This document shows, one piece after another, positions 1 to 4,855 of a stretch of 4,855 bases of DNA. Each line of letters opens with the position of its first letter. The stretch's first letter is position 1. Under the pieces are notes generated by a model, which did no database searches, had not been told where the DNA came from, and was given only the letters and a program-made list of their open reading frames with translations. The position numbers and the translations under genes were made by a program. The DNA is taken from positions 1 to 4,855 of IMG/VR virus record IMGVR_UViG_3300015156_000014; one strand, written 5' to 3'. Source of the DNA: a virus (lineage: Duplodnaviria; Heunggongvirae; Uroviricota; Caudoviricetes).

Positions 1-51
1 CGGCGACCACCGAGATCTACACTCTTTCCCTACACGACGCTCTTCCGATCT
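1..51 (+). other. Illumina TruSeq universal adapter remnant (synthetic, non-biological)
   Basis: Bases 1..51 (CGGCGACCACCGAGATCTACACTCTTTCCCTACACGACGCTCTTCCGATCT) match the 3' portion of the TruSeq universal adapter as I recall it. Bases 22..51 are the exact reverse complement of bases 4826..4855. Confidence 0.9.
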
Positions 52-1115
52 ATGACGTGTATATCAACGCGTGGTACCCGTTGAACGCTTCCGGTTCGAT
101 GGTGACTGACCAGAACCCCAACAGCCCGTTTTTCCAGGAAGCCAATAAAAAAATGAAGATTGGTGGGAAAGACTGGCATCCGTCACGCACACTGAAAATC
201 TTCAACGGCACACCGATTTATCTGGAGTTTCAGAGTTCATCGTTCGGATTCACCGGACGAAGTGTGTTTCAGCGCGTTCTTTATTCCCTGAAATCCTATA
301 TCAACACGATGGAGGCGAATGATCTCGTCAGCCAGAAGGCAGGCGTACTGGTGGCTAAAGTTGTGCAGAACGGTTCGAAACTTGACGGGATCATGGCTGC
401 CGCCACGGGACGAAAAAGGGAAAATGTCAAAGAGGCAAAAAATAAAGGTGTGCTTAGTATCGGGAAAGATGAGGACGTTACCTCGCTGAATTTACAAAAC
501 ATCGATGGCGCGCTAAATGCCGCCCGCGACAACATTATTTCCGATATTGCATCAGGTAGCGATGTTCCCGCGATTCTCATCAAGGAGGAGGCTTTCTCGA
601 ATGGTTTCGGTGAAGGAACTGAGGACTCGAAAGCTATCAGCCAGTATATCGATGGTGTACGCCAGCAGATTGAACCCGTGATGGATTATTTCGAACGCCT
701 GGTGCAGTACATCGCCTGGAACGAGGAATTTTATCAGTCGCTGAAAAATGATTACCCGGACATCATAACTGACGACTATAAAACCACGTTTTACCAGTGG
801 CGACGTGAATTTACCGCGACGTGGCAGGAGCTGGTGGAGGAGTCGCCGGACAAACGCCGGGAAAGCGACAGTAAAGTGATTCAACAGGCGATAGCACTTT
901 TCTCTGCCGTGTCGCCACAGGTTGATCCTGAAAACCGTGCCGCCGTCACTGAATGGCTGGCAAGCCTTGTTAATGTCACGCAAACCTATGGCGCAGCTCC
1001 ACTCATCATTGATGTGGACGCGCTGGCGAATTATGAACCACCGAAGCAGGAGACGCCTGATGGCAATTTCCAGCCGGGCGGTGAGGAAGAAGAAACGGAT
1101 CAGAACGCTGTATGA
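52..1115 (+). CDS. Portal-like protein, C-terminal portion (5'-truncated at the adapter junction)
   Basis: Frame is open from the window start through the adapter to the TGA at 1113..1115, so the GTG at 57 in the ORF track is not the real start. The translation is protein-like and ends in an acidic tail (PGGEEEETDQNAV). The portal call rests on position, immediately upstream of minor head, scaffold and capsid-like genes; the family assignment is inference. Confidence 0.75.
1048..1052 (+). promoter_or_regulatory. Shine-Dalgarno (AGGAG) for the CDS starting at 1060
   Basis: AGGAG lies 7 nt upstream of the ATG at 1060, inside the 3' end of the upstream CDS. Confidence 0.55.
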
Positions 1116-1893
1116 GGTTCTGACGGATGCCGTTAACTACTACGTAAATCACGGGTGGGATAGCGAAAAATCATTGCTCGAATGGTGCCGGAAACTCCGT
1201 GTAGCCGCTCAGCGAGAAACCCCTGATGATACCGTAGCCAGAAAACATCTCACCGCTATCTACAGCCGTCTTGTCATCGACGGCGGGGCATTACGGGATC
1301 AGCCTCCTGACGGCCCTAAAAAAATCACTGTTGAAAAACTGAAACCTGAGTTTCGCAAGGAACTCGACAGGCGAATTTTCGCCAGTGCCAACCTGATAAA
1401 ACTCAACCGCGAACAGGCTATCGAGAAAACCATACAGCGTTTTCAGGGGTGGGTTACGTCCATTCCCCCTGACGGGGTGAGCGAAATTGATCGCCGGGAA
1501 GTGAAGGCCGGGTTTCAGAAATCCGTGAAGGATATGGATTTTATCAGTCGTCGGGTGGCAATTGACCAGGGGCATAAGCTGGCAAGCAACGTTAAGTATC
1601 TGCTGGCTGTTCAGAGTGGAGCGATTGCTCTGCGCTGGCATTCGAACTGGCGGCGTCCGGGCTACAAATACCGACAGGACCACAAAGAGCGCGACGAGAA
1701 AATTTATCTCCTCCGCGATTCGTGGGCACTGGAGCAGGGACTGATTAAGCCCGTATATGGTTTTTATGACGAAATCACTGCTGCCGGGGAGGAGGTTTAT
1801 TGCAGTTGCGATGCTCTGCCGATCTACGCCCCTCAGAAACTACCCGACGAATTTTTAACGGAGAAGGGCAAACGTGAGTTTAACAGAACTTGA
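1060..1893 (+). CDS. Putative minor head / head-morphogenesis protein (277 aa); function uncertain
   Basis: ATG at 1060 is preceded by AGGAG with a 7-nt spacer. The tracked ORF begins at 922, but 922..1059 translates as Trp/Arg-rich junk overlapping the real C-terminus of the upstream gene, so 1060 is the likely start. The N-terminus is basic (RAVRKKKRIR). Placement between portal-like and scaffold-like genes is typical of minor head proteins. Confidence 0.7.
   Translation: MAISSRAVRKKKRIRTLYEVLTDAVNYYVNHGWDSEKSLLEWCRKLRVAAQRETPDDTVARKHLTAIYSRLVIDGGALRDQPPDGPKKITVEKLKPEFRKELDRRIFASANLIKLNREQAIEKTIQRFQGWVTSIPPDGVSEIDRREVKAGFQKSVKDMDFISRRVAIDQGHKLASNVKYLLAVQSGAIALRWHSNWRRPGYKYRQDHKERDEKIYLLRDSWALEQGLIKPVYGFYDEITAAGEEVYCSCDALPIYAPQKLPDEFLTEKGKREFNRT
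1860..1868 (+). promoter_or_regulatory. Shine-Dalgarno-like purine tract (GGAGAAGGG) for the CDS starting at 1874
   Basis: Purine-rich GGAG/AGGG motif 5-10 nt upstream of the GTG at 1874. Confidence 0.45.
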
Positions 1894-3196
1894 AGTGGCA
1901 GAACGCATCAGGGACGGAACCGTACCGTCTCCGGTGAAATTTTCCAACATGTGGCTGGTGAATTTGCGAATAACCGGAACCGGGCTTGCCTATCGCGCCG
2001 GGGAGAAAGAGCACGTCTGGCGTGATCCAAAGCTCTATCTGAATGAGGAGTTTTTAAGGCGATGCAATGGCCTTCCGGTTATCGCAAACCATCCTGATGA
2101 CGCAGTCCTGACGGAGGAGGATTTTAAATCGCGGATCGTCGGTAGTGTCATGCTGCCGTATATCCGGGGTGACGAGGTATGGGCAGTGTGCCGTGTTTAC
2201 CTTCAGAGCATTGTTGAAGAAATCACTGAGGGGGGTGTTTCGACAAGCCCGACGGTGGTGTTCAACAGCACATCAGGAAATGTGGAAGTACAGGAAGGTG
2301 ACACCAATTTTTTAATTGAAGGTGTTCCTTTCCTTGTTGATCACATCGCCCTGGTGACGAAAGCCCACGGCTCGCTGGGCGTGTGGGATAAAGACCGGAT
2401 CCCCGCAGGGGTTGAAGTGACAAACACAGGTGAAATCGAGATGAAAAAAGAAGAACTCCAGGCCCTGTTACAGGGGGTGGTGAACGATGCCCTGAGCGGC
2501 ATTAATCAGAAAATCGATGGAGTAGTCACGCGCATGGACTCACTGGAACAGCGGGACAAAGCGCGGGCGGATGCCGAAGAGCAGGCGAAAAAAGAGGACG
2601 AAGAAAAGGCCAAAGCCGATGAAGCCGCAGAGGAACAGCGTAAAGCTGATGAAGATGCGACAAAGAAGGCGGAAGAAAAAGCCAAAGCTGACGAGGCAGC
2701 AGACAAAGATGCTGAGGAGAAAGCAAAGGCTGATTCCGAAGCAGAAGAACAGCGTAAGGCCGACGAGGAGGCAGAAAAAGAACGCAATGATTCTGCCCTG
2801 GCAGAAGCACAGGCAAAAGCCGACTCCGCATTCAGTGCCTGCGGTAAAAACGCGCCAGCACCGTTTTCTGGCGAAAATGCGCTGGACTACCGTAAGCGTG
2901 CGCTAATCGCTATGCAGAAACACTCTCCGGCACATAAGGACGTCAATATTCGCGCGATAGCGGATTCTGCAACGCTGGCTGTGCTTGAGGACGCAATTTT
3001 CAGTGCCGCCCGTCAGTCCATCGAAAAAGAAATGATGAGCACGCAGGGGCAACTGCATAAACGTATCCGCAGCGACGAAGCCGGACGTCGCATTACTGAA
3101 TATCAGGGTGATCCGAACGTCTGGTTGGGTGCCTTCAAAATTCCGGGGCGTCGTCTGGCAAAAATTAACACTCAAGGGAGCCTGAACAATGGCTGA
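1874..3196 (+). CDS. Putative scaffolding protein, possibly a prohead protease-scaffold fusion (440 aa)
   Basis: GTG start at 1874 with an upstream purine-rich SD; it overlaps the upstream stop by 20 nt. A globular N-terminal domain of about 220 aa is followed by a strongly acidic, Lys/Glu/Ala-rich repeat region (EEKAKADEAA x3, EEQRKADE x2) typical of scaffold coiled coils. The stop at 3194..3196 overlaps the next start (ATGGCTGA). Confidence 0.8.
   Translation: MSLTELEVAERIRDGTVPSPVKFSNMWLVNLRITGTGLAYRAGEKEHVWRDPKLYLNEEFLRRCNGLPVIANHPDDAVLTEEDFKSRIVGSVMLPYIRGDEVWAVCRVYLQSIVEEITEGGVSTSPTVVFNSTSGNVEVQEGDTNFLIEGVPFLVDHIALVTKAHGSLGVWDKDRIPAGVEVTNTGEIEMKKEELQALLQGVVNDALSGINQKIDGVVTRMDSLEQRDKARADAEEQAKKEDEEKAKADEAAEEQRKADEDATKKAEEKAKADEAADKDAEEKAKADSEAEEQRKADEEAEKERNDSALAEAQAKADSAFSACGKNAPAPFSGENALDYRKRALIAMQKHSPAHKDVNIRAIADSATLAVLEDAIFSAARQSIEKEMMSTQGQLHKRIRSDEAGRRITEYQGDPNVWLGAFKIPGRRLAKINTQGSLNNG
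2599..2769 (+). repeat. Intragenic imperfect tandem repeats encoding EEKAKAD(E/S)(A/E)A and EEQRKADE(D/E)A units
   Basis: Three copies of about 30 nt at 2599..2628, 2672..2701 and 2714..2743 (gaagaaaaggccaaagccgatgaagccgca and variants). Two copies of about 26 nt at 2629..2654 and 2744..2769 (gaggaacagcgtaaagctgatgaaga and variant). All are in the coding frame of the 1874..3196 CDS. Confidence 0.75.
3174..3180 (+). promoter_or_regulatory. Shine-Dalgarno (AAGGGAG) for the CDS starting at 3189
   Basis: AAGGGAG lies 8 nt upstream of the ATG at 3189. Confidence 0.55.
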
Positions 3197-3806
3197 TATT
3201 AACTTTCATCCGTTTAAAAACCGTGGAGCATTTGGTGGCCTTTTTAACGTCGAATCCCGTGGGCTGATGCAGGGGGATGCGCAGGATGATCCGGCAATTC
3301 GTCTGCAACTTTGCTCCGGTCGACTGGACAGCAAAATCACTGATCCGGTATGGGGTGGCGTTGGAGTTATGGAGTGCATTGCTCCCGCGAAAGACAGCGT
3401 TAACGGCGCGGTAATTAAGCAGGCTACACAAAACGCATGTAACGCCTTTACGGTCTTTAATCAGGCATTTCATGGTATTACCACGCCGGATAATCCGGTG
3501 CCGTTATATCTCGCGGGTGGCTTTGTTCACTATTACCGCGTTGGCTCAGGCGCCCGCATTCCTCTCCCGGTCAGTGCAGAAGTTGTTGCGTTGGCTGATG
3601 GCAATAACACCGTTGCTGCCAGTGGCTTTGTGTGGGACCTGACGAAAAACATGGTTGATGTTTATTCGGGATCACCCGGCGCTAATCCGAAAGTGGATAT
3701 TAAGCTGCTGATGGTTTCAGTTGACGGAAACCTGACGGTGAAAAAAGAGGATGGCGGTAACGTTGTCTGGGAAATCGGCAAACCGTGCGGCCTGTTTTTA
3801 ATTTAA
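3189..3806 (+). CDS. Hypothetical phage structural protein (205 aa); possible head decoration or accessory protein
   Basis: ATG with a good SD, translationally coupled to both neighbours. Composition is Gly/Val/Asn/Ala-rich and beta-like. It sits between the scaffold-like and capsid-like genes, the position lambda gene D occupies between Nu3 and E. No recognisable motif; function is inference only. Confidence 0.75.
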   Translation: MADINFHPFKNRGAFGGLFNVESRGLMQGDAQDDPAIRLQLCSGRLDSKITDPVWGGVGVMECIAPAKDSVNGAVIKQATQNACNAFTVFNQAFHGITTPDNPVPLYLAGGFVHYYRVGSGARIPLPVSAEVVALADGNNTVAASGFVWDLTKNMVDVYSGSPGANPKVDIKLLMVSVDGNLTVKKEDGGNVVWEIGKPCGLFLI

Positions 3807-3811
3807 GGGGA
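3805..3811 (+). promoter_or_regulatory. Shine-Dalgarno (AAGGGGA) for the CDS starting at 3821
   Basis: AAGGGGA lies 9 nt upstream of the ATG at 3821, in the 14-nt intergenic gap. Confidence 0.55.
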
Positions 3812-3820
3812 TATTAATTA

Positions 3821-4825
3821 ATGAGTGCATTTACTCCTGCGACTACTATTGTGTCGCCGTCAATGGTGCTGCCGGAAATGATCGTGCAACAGAGCATGGC
3901 TTCCGGTGCGTTTGAAGTCCTGGCTGGCGGTGCTCCAGCGGTAAAAATTAGTTCCAGTGATTTGATGGTCTATCAGAAATATCTGCGCATGACCTCGCAG
4001 GCGCAGGTCGGCCAGTCTCTGCCGGGCCAGTTACCGTCTTCCAGTATCTCTGGCGGCTATGACGGGATGATGACTTACCGAATTTCTTCCCGCTCGCAAT
4101 ACAGCTATCTCGATACTGATGCAGCAGATCGCTGGGGCTATTCTCTGATTGAAGGCCTGCGCCTGGCTAACCGTCAGGGACACGCTCAAATGTTGCGTAA
4201 TATGCTGCTGTATGGCGTGAATGCAGCTAATAACGAGGGGATCACCAACTCCCCGAACGCAGTGACGCTGAATCTGGGCAACGACAGCAAAGGGAATGAT
4301 TCATATACCACCTGGGATTCCGGTGAGATGGCTAAATTTATGCTTGGCCTGATTGCTGACCAGAAAACCCGCATGTTGCTGCTGGGACAGCCATTAACGA
4401 CTGTTATTCTAAGCCCACAGCGATTCATGAAGGCGCTGGAGTGGACAGGAATTGTTGAGCTGACCAGTTACCAGCGTCCTGGTGGTGGTACCGGAACGGT
4501 GGGAACGATGGTTAAAGACGTCGCCGATAAGGCGACAGGTGATGACATCATTTTCTGCCAGGACGACACGCTGATTGGTAAAGGCGCTGGTGGTAATGAC
4601 CTGATCATCGTTACGAACCCGACGATTGAGGTTCCGGAAGCGCGTCACACCATTAACACCAATATTTTCTCCACGCTGGTACCTAACCAGCAGGCCGTCA
4701 ACGTGATGTTCTGTGATATGGCAGCGCCGACGGAAATTCCGTCCCCTATGCCGGATGGCGGCATGACCACGTTGTATACCATGCGTGCGACGCCGGGCTG
4801 GAACTTCCGCCCTGAGGGGATCACC
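3821..4825 (+). CDS. Putative major capsid protein, N-terminal 335 aa (3'-truncated at the adapter junction)
   Basis: Hand translation from the ATG at 3821 (MSAFTPATTIVSPSMVLPEMIVQQSMASGAFEVLAGG...) gives an uninterrupted frame to the end of the genuine insert and on through the adapter. It is not in the supplied ORF track because there is no in-window stop. Strong SD upstream. Its size and position directly after the scaffold-like gene suggest major capsid; the family is unverified. Confidence 0.75.
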
Positions 4826-4855
4826 AGATCGGAAGAGCGTCGTGTAGGGAAAGAG
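4826..4855 (+). other. Illumina TruSeq adapter read-through (AGATCGGAAGAGCGTCGTGTAGGGAAAGAG), synthetic
   Basis: Exact match to the canonical adapter read-through sequence as I recall it; reverse complement of bases 22..51. Confidence 0.9.

Noticed and set aside
57-59. GTG at 57 as the start of the first CDS, as implied by the ORF track
   Set aside because: The frame is open upstream to base 1, including through adapter sequence, and there is no RBS. The gene is 5'-truncated by the fragment end.
146-152. A7 homopolymer runs (also near 1318..1324) as possible programmed frameshift or slippery sites
   Set aside because: There is no downstream alternative-frame ORF or stimulatory structure, and the surrounding frames are unambiguous. 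These are most likely ordinary Lys codons.
296-983. Antisense ORFs 296..583(-) and 552..983(-)
   Set aside because: They are fully embedded antisense to the portal-like CDS and have no RBS context. They are typical shadow ORFs.
922-1059. N-terminal extension of the second ORF from ATG at 922
   Set aside because: This segment translates as Trp/Arg-rich, non-protein-like sequence and lies fully inside the well-behaved C-terminus of the upstream gene. The ATG at 1060 has a canonical AGGAG RBS.
1291-1744. ORFs 1291..1683(-) and 1562..1744(+)
   Set aside because: They are embedded in or alternate-frame to the 1060..1893 CDS. Their translations are Arg/Cys/Trp-rich and not protein-like.
2599-2769. 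Repeat units that could be read as a miniature CRISPR-like or iteron array
   Set aside because: The units are imperfect and irregularly spaced, and they sit in frame inside a CDS encoding a repetitive acidic peptide. There is no leader, no cas genes and no non-coding context.
2506-2906. ORFs 2506..2787(-), 2526..2831(-) and 2571..2906(+) with Ser/Ala-rich, Leu/Pro-rich or Lys/Arg-rich translations
   Set aside because: They are artefacts of the purine-rich repeat DNA encoding the acidic scaffold segment. Low-complexity sequence keeps every frame open.
2903-3473. Antisense ORFs 2903..3175(-) and 3165..3473(-)
   Set aside because: They are embedded antisense to strongly supported + strand CDSs and have no independent start context.
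4186-4648. Antisense ORFs 4186..4428(-) and 4409..4648(-)
   Set aside because: They lie inside the long + strand capsid-like ORF, which is open across the whole region. They are shadow ORFs.
22-4855. Perfect 30-bp terminal inverted repeats (22..51 and 4826..4855) that could suggest a transposon or IS element
   Set aside because: The sequence is Illumina TruSeq adapter. There is no transposase gene and no target-site duplication. It is a synthetic artefact.

Overview
The window is a 4.77-kb insert (52..4825) flanked on both ends by Illumina TruSeq adapter sequence (1..51 and 4826..4855), so the window edges are library artefacts and not biological boundaries. The insert carries five tightly packed, same-strand (+) genes whose order and protein character read as a tailed-phage or prophage head-morphogenesis module: the 3' part of a portal-like gene, a basic 277-aa putative minor head protein, a 440-aa protein with a globular N-terminal domain and a highly acidic repeat-rich coiled-coil tail (scaffold or protease-scaffold candidate), a 205-aa Gly/Val/Asn-rich protein of unknown function, and the 5' part of a putative major capsid gene that is absent from the supplied ORF track because it has no in-window stop. 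Gene junctions are overlapping or very short with Shine-Dalgarno motifs, consistent with one translationally coupled late operon. I see no CRISPR array, tRNA/rRNA, integrase, toxin-antitoxin or recognisable defence or anti-defence system. All family-level names are from memory and gene context and need confirmation by search. My honest reading is an ordinary phage structural region with adapter contamination, not a novel system; the only open candidate is the unassigned 205-aa gene.
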